From contig NC_135805.1 of NCBI RefSeq assembly GCF_964213995.1, positions 24,242,001-24,306,000 on the forward strand: a stretch of 64,000 nucleotides of DNA, read 5' to 3'. The stretch's first letter is position 1. Every line of letters starts with the position of its first letter. Of this stretch, positions 36,495 to 48,135 are shown piece after piece. The stretch comes from Mustelus asterias. Its lineage: Eukaryota. The notes below the pieces were generated by a model. That model was not told the origin of the DNA and made no database searches. It worked only from the letters and a program-made list of their open reading frames with translations. The translations under genes and the position numbers were made by a program.

Positions 36495-36746
36495 ATGCTA
36501 AACTGCTGCCTCACAACTGGGTTCAATTTTGGCCTCGGGTGACTGTGTGGAATTTTTGCATTCTCACGTGTCTGCATGGGTTTCCTCTGGGTGCTCCGGT
36601 TTCCTCCCACAGTCCAAAGATGTGCTGGTTAGGTTGATTGGCCATGGTAAATTGCCCCTTCGTGTTAGGGGGATTAGAAGGGTAAATTGTCAGTGCAGGC
36701 TCGATGGACCAAATGGCCTCCTTCTGCACTGTAGGGATTCTATGAT
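36495..36746 (+). mobile_element. HE1-type V-SINE
   Basis: ctgctgcctcac...gggttcaatt...gtgctccggtttcctcccacagtccaaag...aaatggcctccttctgcactgtagggattctatga. Confidence 0.8.
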
Positions 36747-37839
36747 AAAATGCCATTAGGCATCCAGATATATGAAAATACCAAGAACATAAGAATGTGC
36801 AAAAGTAGGCCACAGCAACCAAAACATCTTGAGTACAAAAGAGTAACCGAATCCAAAAGCTCATGGAGAGGAAGGAAAAGATGTGTCATTTTTTAACTGC
36901 TCATATGCTTCTCTTGGCTGGCTTCAGAGCATTGCTTGAAGTTGAGTGGCAGTGTGGCACAAGAAGACCAAGGAAGAATATGTATTACTGAGCTAGAGGC
37001 TAAACCATTCCCTCTGCAATTAGATTTTTGAGAAATTAAAGGTTTTGTGATTATGCTCAAAGAGAATGAAGAAACTTGCATTTATATAATGCCTTTCACA
37101 ACTCCAGGACATCCCAAAGTGCTTCACAGCCACAAATATTGTGCAAAAACTAAACATAAAGAATGTCTTGGCTTCTGTTAATTCCTATACAGTGCCATCA
37201 TTCTAATCACTTATATTTCCTATGCCACACTGGTTTCCAAGGATGTAGTTATGGCTTTTGCTTCAAGCACTGGAATGTGGAATTGTTCCCACACTCTTGG
37301 GCAAGAGCTCATTGTGTTTCTTTTTATACATTGATATTAGTGTTTTCTTTCTTGCTGTCTGCCTTTTTTTTTCTGAGCAAATGGTATTTATATTTAAAAA
37401 AAGCCAGCCAGTCTCATGTGGTGCTGCGAATGACAGCTGACTTTTCCATTAATGCTGCTCCATTTAAGGGGTGGTTTAAAGCTCTCTGTGATTGCCGCAG
37501 CTGTCCACCAAGCTTCAGATGTTTTGCAGTGCTCCCTGCTCTTAGTGTGACATTGCTCAGCGTCACTCAGGCTCTCTAAGCAGCTCCTTGACAACTGCAA
37601 CAATTGATTCAAGGCTTTCTGTAATTTTCTCTCCTGTGATGGGAGCGAATGCTTCAGAATCAACCATATTTTTATGATAAAATATTCAGACTGTAAAAGC
37701 TATGCTAGCTGCACAGCTGCTGATTTTTGGAGACTTTTCACAAAAATCTTGTTGGGCTTCCCAGTAATTCAGTTACTATAGACAGGTATCTGGAGAATGA
37801 ACAGAAAATGTTCCTTGAGCTCAGCAATTTTAACACCGA

Positions 37840-39000
37840 ACATACTTGGAGTAAAAGAGATTGATGCAAGGTTTAAGCAAAGTGGACAAAAAAAGTTGTT
37901 CCCACAATCTGATCATACAAAGACTAGTGGGCACAGACTTAAGGTTTTGGGCAAGAGATGTAAGGGTAGATGTGAGGGAAAATGTTTTGCTCTGTGATTG
38001 GTATGACCTGAAACGCACTACCTGTGTGGTGGTGGAAGCAGGCATTTATTTCAAAAGGAAATTGGTTGGGCATTTGAGGCAAATATACTTGCAGGGCTAC
38101 AAGGAAGAGCACAGGAATGGGGCTATCTGACTTTACCGAGAGTTGGCATGAAATTAATGGGCTAAAGGGCTTTGTGTTCTAATGAATCTGGATCTCAGGA
38201 CTAGGGCGCACGGGTGTTTGAAAAAGTGGGAACAAAAGTCATCATGAGATCACTGAGAGTTGAAAGCTGAGTATTGCTGCTGTGTTTCCCTTTCTCTGAA
38301 GTTAGTCTAAGCAGCTAAGAAATTTTAAAAATAGTAATTTAGGACCCCTGCTGTTGATAATTGGTGTACAGGGCATGATTTCAAATTTTGCGGATGATAC
38401 AAAACTTGCAGGTATGAACTGTGAGGAGGATGGTGAATAAGTTCAAAAGGACATAGGTTGACGGAATGGGTGCAAAAGTGACATAAAATTTAATGCGGAG
38501 AAGTGTGAAATAATTTAGTTTCTATTGTGTCTCCGCTTTCTTTGAGTACAATTCTAAAGGGAGTTCAAGAGCACAGGGCTGGGTGTTATATGTGCATAAA
38601 TAATTGAAGATTGAAGGATACATAGGAGCATAGAGAACAAAAGCGCATTAAACTTGTATAGAGCACTGGTTCAGTCTCATCTGACGTATTGTGACATTGA
38701 TGCATGGATCTGAAGGCATTAGAAAGGATGCAGAAAAGATTCACGAGAATGATTCCAGAGAGGAGGAACTTCAATAAACTTCAATGGATTGGAGAAGAGA
38801 AAGCCGAGTGGAGATTTATAGAAATGCTCCAAATCATGAGGTGTCTGATCAGAGTAGAAAGTGAGAAACTTCCAATTGAAAAGATCAAGAACCTGAGGGG
38901 ATAGATTTAAGATATTTGTCAAAAGAAGCAATGGTGACATGACAAAAAGCTTTCTTTTTCTTGCACGGAATGGTTAGGATTTGGAATGACTGCCCAAGGT
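37840..39000 (+). mobile_element. Degraded CR1 fragments
   Basis: TSGHRLKV; KFADDTK (aaattttgcggatgatac); ALERMQKRFTRMIP. Confidence 0.65.
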
Positions 39001-39604
39001 ATAGCTCAGAACAGTAAGGAAGGAAAGTGGACTAAATCGGATTGGAGATGGCAAAGGCGGAAATAGATAGTTTTATGTTCAAATGGACCATTTAGCAGGC
39101 TTGTACTCCATTTGCTGAAAGGGAGGAGAGTAACTGATAAGAGAATCTGTGATTTAGGGTATAACACATTAGGCTGTATATTGATAAACCAGGACATGTG
39201 TTCATAAAACGGTAGCTTTAGAAGATTGAACAGGGCATCAGTTTCAATGACGAGCATTGCCATGGTAAGTAGTATTTGTGGGGTTATAATCTGGTGAGAA
39301 GGGATAGGATGACTCTCCTTTTTTACCCATCCCTCTTTTTGACTCAGCAGGTTTTTTAAAAGGGATATGTTTGCCAATTCAATGAGTGTCTAATTGTTTG
39401 CACTTTGTGACTAAAAAATAAACAAACCGAACAGGTTTTCTTGAGTTTCAAAAAAGGAGACAATGGTTTTGCTGTGCTTAATCCGTTCAAAGTAAAATAA
39501 TAAAAACAGTCCAGCTTTCACACCCACTAAAAGTTAACACCACACACTAATAGTTTACAAAGTGGAGGAATTAAGCAACTTAGAGTTGTGTAAAATTAAA
39601 GTCA

Positions 39605-39915
39605 TTGAGTCATAGTCATACAGTACAGAAGAGCCCTTCGGCCCATCGAGTCTGCACTGACAAAACTGCACTAAATCTACACTAATCCCACTTTTCAGCA
39701 CTTGGCTCATAGCTGTGAAATTACGACATTTCAAGTGCTCATCCACATTCCTTTTTATAGGTTCTGAGGTTTCTGCCTCTATTACCCTCCCAGTCAGTGC
39801 ATTTCAGACCCCCCCCCCTCCCTTGGTGAAAAACCCCTTCTAAATCTCCTGCCTCTCACCTTAAAATTACACCCCCTCATTATTGACCCTTTAAGGGGAA
39901 CAGCATACCCCTCAT
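39605..39915 (-). mobile_element. CR1 3' tail
   Basis: catagtcatacagtacagaagagcccttcggcccatcgagtc...caagtgctcatcc. Confidence 0.7.
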
Positions 39916-40474
39916 GTTGTTCAAGTGATTATGTCTAATGATTTGTCCAATTATTTGTCTTCACCCAGGTGTTTGTCTGGAGGCTTTGCTAATGGGATAG
40001 GAGATGGCCCCCTTTTATATTCTTGCAGGGCAATTGTTGTGGTACAGTTTTGCAGACAGGGTGCCTCCATTTCAGTGGCTTTGGAATATAGAAGGTACAG
40101 TAATGCAAATATGCAGCCATATTTGACGGTAATCCCAAGACACTGGATTGTGGCTTTAGTCCATTTTAAATCAGTTGGGTGATTTCCAGCCAGTAAATTC
40201 AAAAATCAATTAAAAAAAGCATGGCTTCACAGCAGTGGAGTCATGTTCTCAGTTACAACTGTTGCCTTGCCTGTTGGAATATGATACATGCTGCAAACAG
40301 GGGGGTTTGTTGCTCGAATACAAGTGGGGGTAGGCATTGAAACCCGGGCAACTGTTGGGAAGAGAAACAGGAGGATGATAAATGGCAATGGAGCTGTATC
40401 ATAATAGTCTTGGCAGATTGGGCCAGCTGGGTGATGAAAATAGTAGGTGCAACAGTCCTGTCTACTCTACAGAG

Positions 40475-40702
40475 TGATGTGGAGATGCCGGCGTTGGACT
40501 GGGGTAAACACAGTAAGAAGTTTAACAACACCAGGTTAAAGTCCAACAGGTTTATTTGGTAGCAAAAGCCACACAAGCTTTCGAGGCTCTGAGCCCCTTC
40601 TTCTTCACTCACCTGAAGAAGGGGCTCAGAGCCTCGAAAGCTTGTGTGGCTTTTGCTACCAAATAAACCTGTTGGACTTTAACCTGGTGTTGTTAAACTT
40701 CT
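40475..40702. mobile_element. Palindromic PLE pLTR mini-insert, second subfamily
   Basis: Inverted arms; TSD tactctacagag (40463-40474 and 40703-40714). Confidence 0.87.
40610..40646 (+). ncRNA. Minimal hammerhead ribozyme, variant subfamily
   Basis: CAC-CTGAAGA-A-GGGGCT(cag)AGCCTC-GAAA-GCT-T-GTG; stems differ in sequence from the 767-805 copy but still pair. Confidence 0.75.
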
Positions 40703-41489
40703 TACTCTACAGAGACCATTTTGAAAGGTAACTAATGGCTAATTAAGTATGTAGGCAATAAAATAAGTGTTAAATAAGACACATCTAAAATTGTGATGCT
40801 GGAAATAAGCTTGTTAGGAAGTGGCTCTATTGTAGAACTGTTGAAATTCATATTTGTTTTAATGTAGGGATCGTAATAAAATATCTTCATAACTAAATAT
40901 GCCAATGCTCATACCTGTGTCTTGCTGTCGACACAGCCCCTGGACAGTTGTTATATTAAGACATTGGTAACCCAAGACAATTTGCTATTGTTATCATTCT
41001 TTATCCATACCTATAATGTCATTTGAGATTTTAAATTTAAACCAGTTTTTAGAAACCATTTAAAATAGTTTCCCCGTGCCTAATTTAGGCTGCAGGAAAA
41101 AATACACACGCGGTTTTGAATTTCAGATCACAACTTGTATTGACACATAGTTGCAAAAGTGGGAACAGATCGGGTGCCTTTAAAGGACTTTTAAGAGGAT
41201 GTAGACACATTAGCTGAGAAGTATGGGAGTATACAGTGAGTGGAAATATAGATGAACAGAAACCTAGGGGTTCAAATACATATTTGCTTGCAAGGTGTTT
41301 TGGATTGCTGCAGTCAATGGTTGGCACACCTCCATGAAGACTTTCCAATGCCAATTTGTTTTTGTGAGGATGGTCCAACTAGATTTAATTTCCTTATCGG
41401 AGAAAGCAAAAATTGGAGATCTGGTCAAAAAAGTATCTTTAACGTCTTTTGAGCAGGTAATTCAGAATAACTTTGATGCAGAATGAGAA

Positions 41490-41850
41490 CAGGAGCAGTA
41501 AGAATGAGTTGCATTTATATAGTGCCTTTCAGGACATCAGAGATATCTTTGCAGCCACTGAAGTACTTATGAAGTGTCATCAGTGTTGTAGAAAAAGTGA
41601 CAGGCATAATATTGATTGAGGGGTAAAGTGGGTAGGACGAAGAAGGGCCCCTTGCTCTTCAAAATTGTGCCATGGAAACTCTTACATCTATCCAAGAAGT
41701 TTACTGAGATCCCAGTGAAACATTTCAACTGAAAGGCAGTACCCTCGACAGCGCAGATCTCCCTCACTGCAGCCGTGCCAGTGCAGATTTTGAGCTGAAA
41801 TTTTTGGAGCGGGACTTAATCATATGAGAATGTTGACACTGAGCCTTAAA
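41490..41850 (-). mobile_element. Deu-domain SINE, degraded
   Basis: gttgcatttatatagtgcctttc...gctcttcaaaattgtgccatgg...gaaaggcagtaccctcgacagcgcag. Confidence 0.55.
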
Positions 41851-41935
41851 TAAGTGAATGTTACAGTTAACAGAATTTATTTTGCTGTTATGTTAGAAGA
41901 AGGAAGCACAAAGTAAATAGAAGAAAAGGAGAAAA

Positions 41936-41971
41936 ATGACGAGTTCCTCAGAGAAGCCACCAGAGGGCAAT
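41936..41971 (+). CDS. OARD1: OARD1/TARG1 coding exon 1 (exon 41897-41971): MTSSSEKPPEGN
   Basis: Acceptor gttatgttag| at 41896; aaaATG at 41936; donor AAT|gtaagt, phase 0. The peptide resembles the human N-terminus MASSLNEDPEGSR. Confidence 0.75.
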
Positions 41972-42119
41972 GTAAGTATGGGCCACACTGAGTATTTTAC
42001 AACTTTCTCATTTTCTCTCCATTGTTTTCTCCGTTAAAGCCAGAAATGGTCCACTCCTAATCATTCAAGTCCTTTTTGGAGCTAAATGAACTAATATTTT
42101 GAATTAATAAACCTAAATA

Positions 42120-44610
42120 ACAGGATGAAGTGTCACAGAATTGGTTACAGTGCAGAAGGAGGACATTCAAGTCCTCTTGTCTGCACTGGCTCTTCAAATG
42201 AACATTTTGGCTTAGTGCCATTCTCCTGCCTTTCCCCGTACCCTTTGCTTTTATTCAGATAATCAGAAAAAACAGTATACTGTTTAAAAGGAGGGCGATT
42301 GAAGAAGTCAGTGGTGCAGAAGGATCTGGGTGTACATGAATCACAAAGTTTAGGATGTAGGTACAGCAGGTGACTAGGAAGGAAAATAGAGTGTTTATAT
42401 TTATTGCAAGGGGAATAGGATATAAAAGTAGGACAGTTTTAATGCAGCTGAAAAGGGGTTTGGTGAGATCACATCTGGAATACTGTTTACAGTTTTGGTC
42501 TCCTTAGTTGAAGAGAGATTGAACAGCTTCTAACAATGAGAAGTTTCACCCTCCATCCTGGGATGGGAGGCTTATCTTAGGAAGAAAAGTTGAACAGATT
42601 TGGCCCATAGAATCACAAGAAGTATTACTTCTTGTCCAGAAACGATCTGGGAGAAATGCACAAGGAGGCAATTTGGCCACTTCATATTGCACTGGCTCTT
42701 CATACGTTCGTCGCAGTGCCACTGCCCTGCATTTTCCCCATGTCCCTGCACATTGTTTCTATTCAGTATCATCTAATACACTCTTGAATGCCTTGATTGA
42801 ACCTGCCTCCACCACACTTCCAGGTAGTGCATTCCAGGCCCCAACCACTCACTGTGTGCAAAAGTTCTTTCTCATGTCGTATTTGCTTCTTTTGCATATA
42901 ACTTTAAATCTTTGCCCCCTCATTCTCAGTCCTTTTATGAGCACGAACAGTTTCTCCCTATCTACCCTGTCCAGCCCCCTCATGATTTTGCACCTCTACC
43001 AAATCTCCTCTTGGCCGTCTTCTCTTCAAGTAGAATAGTCACAACTTCTCCAATCCATCTCATAGCTGAAGTTTCTCATAATTGGAACCATTCCTGTAAA
43101 TCTCTCTGCACTCTCTCTCTAATGCGTCCACATCCTCCCTGTAGTGTGGTGCACAGGACTGTACACAATATTCCAGCTGAGGTCTAACGAGTATCTTGTG
43201 TAAGTTCAGCAGAACCTCCTTGCTCTTGAACACTGCACCCTTATTAATAAAACCCAGGATATTGTATGCTTTAATAATTGCTCTATCCATCTGTCCTGCC
43301 ACCTTCAATGATCAATAAGCATATACCCTGGTCCCTCTGCCCCTGCACACCTTAAGAATTGTACCCCTTATTTTATATCATCTCCATGTTATTCCATTCA
43401 AAATGCACCACCTCCTACATCTGCCCACTCCACCTATGTCCTTTTGAAGTTCTGCACTGTCCTAGCAGCTTCCAAGTGTTGTATCATCTGCAAACTTTGA
43501 AATTGCCCCCTGCACACCATGATCTAGATATGGAAAAGCAAGAGTCCCAGTATAGGTCACTGGGCAATTTTACTACAAACTATCTGCCAGCCCTGAAAAT
43601 ATCCATTGACAAATACTCTGTTTCCTATTACTCAGCCAGCTTTGTATCCAAGTTGCTACTGTCCCTTTTATTCCATGAGTTATGGCTTTTCTCTCAAGTC
43701 TTGTGTGTATTGGATGTCTTTTGAAAATCCATGTACATGACATCAACAGCATTGCTCTCACTGACCGTTTCTGTTGTCTCTTCAAAATCTTCAGTATGTT
43801 AGTTAAGCACAATTTCTTCTTTAGAAATCCATGCTGGCTCTTCCCATTAAACCCACATTTTTCCATGTAACTATTTACTTTATCCAGAATTATTGTTTAT
43901 GTAAGCTTCCCCACCACTGATATTAAACTGACTGGTCTGTAATTGCTGGGCTCACCATTGCAAACTTTTTTGAACATGTCGGAATTTGATGTTTTCAAAA
44001 AAATATGACCTGATTATTCAAAGTCATTTTTGGAGTTTAAATGAACATTTCAAAGCTAGGAGCAGGAGTAGGCCATCCAGCCCTTCAAGTCTGCTCCACC
44101 GTTCAATAAGATCATGGCTGACGTGACTGTAACCTCCCACCCATGCCTGATAACCTTTCACCCCCTTGTTTATCAAGAATGTATCTAGCTCTGCCTTAAA
44201 AATGTTCAAAGACTGTGCTCCCACTGACTTTTGAGGAAGAAATTTTCAGACACACAATCCTCTGAGAGAAAAAAATTATCTCCATCTCTCTAAATGGACA
44301 ACCCCTTATTGTTGAGCAGTGACAACTAGTCCTCACACCCCTCAGGATTTTTTATGTTTCAATCAAGTCACCTCTTTCTTTCCTAAACTCCAGTGGATAC
44401 AAACCTAGCCTGTCCAATCTTTCTGCATAAGACAACTCGCCCAATCCAGATATTAGTTTAGTAAACCATCTCTGAACTGTTCCAGTGTACTTGCATCCTT
44501 CCTTAAATAAGGAGACCAATACAATGCACCATACCCCAGATGTGGTCTCCCAATGCCCTGTATAACTGAAGCAAAACCCTCCCTCCTTTTGTATTCAATT
44601 CCCATCTGTA
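42120..44610. mobile_element. Patchwork of CR1 fragments in both orientations
   Basis: CR1 pieces at ~42120-42260(-), 42270-42610(+), 42610-43980(-; LVRPQLEYCVQ, QHGFLK) and 44050-44610(-). Confidence 0.75.
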
Positions 44611-44745
44611 TAATATTTTGAATTAATAAACCTAAATGAGACAGTAAAGTAGGAATTTGATAGTTAAGAGCTTGTTTTAGCTAAGAAATTTATTTTAATC
44701 AAGAAACTTTGAATTGAGTGTAATACTTGTGGTATGTTCTCACAG

Positions 44746-44829
44746 GCAACTGCAACTCTACCTTGTCTGACTGGCCACATGAAAATGTCTGGTTCCAACC
44801 TTAATAAATGTGATCAAAATAGCATATGG
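44746..44829 (+). CDS. OARD1: Candidate OARD1 cassette exon (84 nt, in frame): ATATLPCLTGHMKMSGSNLNKCDQNSIW
   Basis: Acceptor gttctcacag|, donor TGG|gtataa; phase 0/0, no stop; contains in-frame ATGs at 44779 and 44785. Confidence 0.45.
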
Positions 44830-45034
44830 GTATAAATGAATGAGCAATCTTCAAGATCTTAATGTCCTTTTCCCATTTCTAATTTCTTGCCGTCTTTGTC
44901 CCTTTGAAAAACAGTTGTGAACTATATGGATGCTTTCAAATGAAAAACACACAACTATTAAAAAGACCAGTGGAAATAGCAAGTGTTCCATGTACTGTTA
45001 ACCTCTAAAAATGTCTTTTGATTGGGAATTGCAG

Positions 45035-45188
45035 AGCTTTGAGATCTGTTACTTGAAAGGTGACCTGTTCTCGTGCCCAGAGAAGGATGCATTGGCACAT
45101 TGCATCAGTGAAGATTGTGAAATGGAGGCAGGAATAGCTGTCTTATTCAAGAAGAAATACGGATGCGTTGAGGAGCTGCAGAATCAGA
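45035..45188 (+). CDS. OARD1: OARD1 coding exon: [51 protein letters not shown]
   Basis: Strong similarity to human [48 protein letters not shown]; acceptor ttgcag|, donor CAGA|gtaaga. Confidence 0.93.
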
Positions 45189-45684
45189 GTAAGAGAGTAA
45201 AATTACAGAAGTTATTTTTAATTGGCAAACCAACAGCATATCAATTTCTCTGGTGAAAGACAGTTTTTCAGATGCACCAAATCCATAACCCCTTTATAAA
45301 GCAAATCAAGCAGCAAGATCGTTCAGAAGCAATAGCGTGGCCTATTTGCTAACAAATCCATGTTCGTGTTTATACTTCACTATCTGTACTTCTCTCGTTC
45401 CATTCAATGGCCTTTAATTCTCTTTTCTTTGTCACCTATCTAATCTGTTCTTTAAATGTTTGCATGATTTCTGCTTCAAACACTTAACTTTGGTCATGTC
45501 ATCTATTTAAAACGTGTGCAAAAATCCTAAACCTTGGTCTTATATCTATGCCTGCTCTTGCACCCCACTTTTCATTCTAAATCAAGGGATTTTCACAGTA
45601 ACTTCATTCCAGTGTTAATGTAAGCCTACTTGTGACACAAACAAATGAAGCATAATGATTAGTAGTATAGTTCATCCCCAAACA

Positions 45685-45950
45685 TTTGGGAAAAGATACA
45701 AAAGTCTGAGATCACGTACTAACCAACTCAAGAACAGCTTCTTTCCTGCAGCCATCAGACTTTTGAATGGACCTATCTGATCTTCCTCTCCACCCTCCAC
45801 CCTATAGTACACTGACTAATACTATATTCTGCACTCTCTCCTTTCCTTCTCCCGTATGTATTCTATGAATGGTATGCTTTGTCTATCGTGCGCAAGAAAC
45901 AATACTTTTCACTGTATGCCAATACACATGAGAATGATAAATCAAATCAA
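45685..45950 (+). mobile_element. Rex1/Babar LINE 3' end
   Basis: gggaaaagatacaaaagtctgagatcacgtactaaccaactcaagaacagcttctttcctgc...aaatcaaatcaa. Confidence 0.8.
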
Positions 45951-46544
45951 AAAACATGCTTGAGTTCTCCGGAATCATGATAAAAAGAAATGCCAGGTTA
46001 GATGGAGGGATGTTCTTTGCTCAGAAGTTAAAAAGAGAACTTGGAGAGAAGAATTGAAATACTAAATACCGGAAACAGAAATAAAAACGAGAAATGCTGT
46101 AACTGGAAAGCAAGTCAGTCAGGTGCTGTGTTAAAATGAAATACTGCATCTGTTGGGACCTCAACACATTACTGAGGTTCTAATAAAGGATAGCACAGAA
46201 TATGATTGTAACATGGAGAATTCATAAGCTGAGCCTAATTTCGTTAACCTAAACCATAAGGCTAATTGCATAATTAAGTGAAATTGCAGTTAGTAATGTC
46301 AATTTTATGGTTGAAGTACTCCAGGAAGTTAGGTTGACTCAGGTTAATTAGGCAGTAGCCTTGTTGGTTTGGCATCAGAGCAGGTGGGAAGCTACAATAA
46401 TGTGTATGGATTCTGAATGACAGAGTGAGTTAGACTTTTGACCCTTTTCTCCATGATCACAGCATGGTATTGATGCTTATTTCAGAAAAATCCATACTTC
46501 ACACTTTGTCTCCTGGCTAGACAGGGTGCATGCTAGAAAAATAT

Positions 46545-46800
46545 GTGGCACGGTGACAAAATAGTTAGCACTGCTGCCTCAAAGCGCCAGACACCCAGGT
46601 TCGATTCCTGGGTGACTATGTGGAGTTTGCACCTTCTCCCTGTGTCTGTGTAGGTTAACTCTGAGTGCTCTGGTTTCCTCCCACAGTCCAAAGGTGTGAA
46701 GGTTAGGTGAAGTAGCCATGATAAAAGCGCAGGGTTATGAGGATAGGGCAGGATGGTTAGCCTGGGTAAGATGCTCTTTCGGGGAGTTAGTGCAAACTTG
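46545..46800 (+). mobile_element. HE1-type V-SINE (older copy)
   Basis: gtggcacgg...gttagcactgctgcctc...ggttcgattcc...ggagtttgcaccttctccc. Confidence 0.75.
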
Positions 46801-46815
46801 ATTTGGGGCGCTTTG

Positions 46816-47156
46816 GGGCGGCACGGTAGCACAGTGGTTAGCACTGCTGCTTCACAGCTCCAGGGTCCCGGGTTCGATTCCCAGCTCGGGTCACTGTCTG
46901 TGTGGAGTTTGCACATTCTCCTCGTGTCTGCGTGGGTTTCCCCCGGGTGCTCCGGTTTCCTCCCACAGTCCAAAGATGTGCAGGTTAGGTTGATTGGCCA
47001 GGTTAAAAATTGCCCCGTAGAGTTCTGAGATGTGTAGGTTAGAGGGATTAGCGGGTAAAATATGTGGGGGTAGGGCCTGGGTGGGATTGTGGTCGGTGCA
47101 GACTCGATGGGCCGAATGGCCTCCTTCTGCACTGTGGGGATTCTATGATTCTATGA
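46816..47156 (+). mobile_element. HE1-type V-SINE, full length and young, inserted into the tail of the preceding SINE
   Basis: gggcggcacggtagcacagtggttagc...ggttcgattccc...gggccgaatggcctcc...ttctatgattctatga; the host tail resumes at tgggccagacgg. Confidence 0.9.
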
Positions 47157-47559
47157 TGGGCCAGACGGCTTCCCTCTCCACTGTAAGGATCTGTTCTATG
47201 GATAGAATCTCTACCGTGGTGATGCAAGTACAGTAAACTTACAAGATGTTTGAACTCCTATTTTGCTGCAAGAATCTTACAATGTAACAACTTATTGAAA
47301 TCCAACACAATGCAGACTACTTCAAATCCAGCAACCCTGATATCAAGTTAGCGAAGGTTTTTGGAACTTGCCGGTTTTCAGGAAGAAAAATCAGATCGCC
47401 TTCAAATTTGGCAAATAGCAGATGCAGGAAAACCAACTGGTATGATTACAAAACACTTTAGGTTAAATGACCTTATAACAGCTGATATTAAATCCAATGT
47501 GTGATAAGTGAGTTAATAACTATTTCACACTTCCCTACATTGGTGTGACCTGTTTTTTC

Positions 47560-47710
47560 TCATTTATTCATTCATGGGATATGGGCACCACTGGCTAGAC
47601 CAACATTTATTTCCAATCCCCATTTGCCCTTGAGAAGGTGGTGGCGAGCTGCCTTCTTGAACTGCTGCAGTCCATGTGTTGTAGGAACACCCACAGTGCT
47701 TTTAGGAAGG
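47560..47710 (-). mobile_element. L2/Crack-like LINE 3' tail
   Basis: Reverse complement of the 29010-29140 tail (ttcattcatggg...gcccttgagaaggtggtg). Confidence 0.7.
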
Positions 47711-48006
47711 GTGAAAAATGGGAAAAAATTAATCAAGCTGAAATTATGTTAAAAATGCGTTATAGTTTTTTATTCATGTAAGATTATGTAGTACTGTTTA
47801 ATAACCCTGAACTGACTTGGGCTGGCTGCAAAAGACAACTAGTGTCCATGGAACTTGGACAGCTCTTAAGAATCAAGTGCAACGTTTGAATTTAAGCCTG
47901 TGGCCTTCTATTTGGGTGAACTTAATGGCATTGAAACTGAATGCAGGTACTCTGTACCGAAGCAAGATAGAAATAAGGTCTTAGCTAAAACAAGATAGAA
48001 ATAAGG

Positions 48007-48135
48007 TCTTAGCTAAAACAAGCTCTTAACTATCAAATTCCTACTTTACTGTCTCATTTAGGTTTATTAATTCAAAATATTAGACAGATGGGAATTGAAT
48101 ACAAAAGGAGGGAGGGTTTTGCTTCAGTTATACAG
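48007..48135 (-). repeat. 129-bp inverted duplicate of 44558-44686, preceded by a 28-bp tandem duplication (47963-48018)
   Basis: The reverse complement matches 44558-44686 with one mismatch; caagatagaaataaggtcttagctaaaa occurs twice at the junction. Confidence 0.92.

Noticed and set aside
45044-45188. Alternative acceptor (ttgag|ATC) starting the exon at ICYLKGD
   Set aside because: GAG acceptors are rare and the upstream CAG at 45032-45034 is in frame and stronger; kept only as a possibility.
45011-45256. 81-aa single-exon ORF from the ORF track
   Set aside because: It is one internal OARD1 exon read through into the flanking introns.
46816-46890. tRNA gene
   Set aside because: The A/B boxes belong to a tRNA-derived SINE head continuing into the V-domain; no complete cloverleaf.
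46533-47132. 199-aa ORF and similar ORFs at 2664, 31024, 36529, 52967, 62926 and 63605
   Set aside because: Chance open frames across V-SINE copies.
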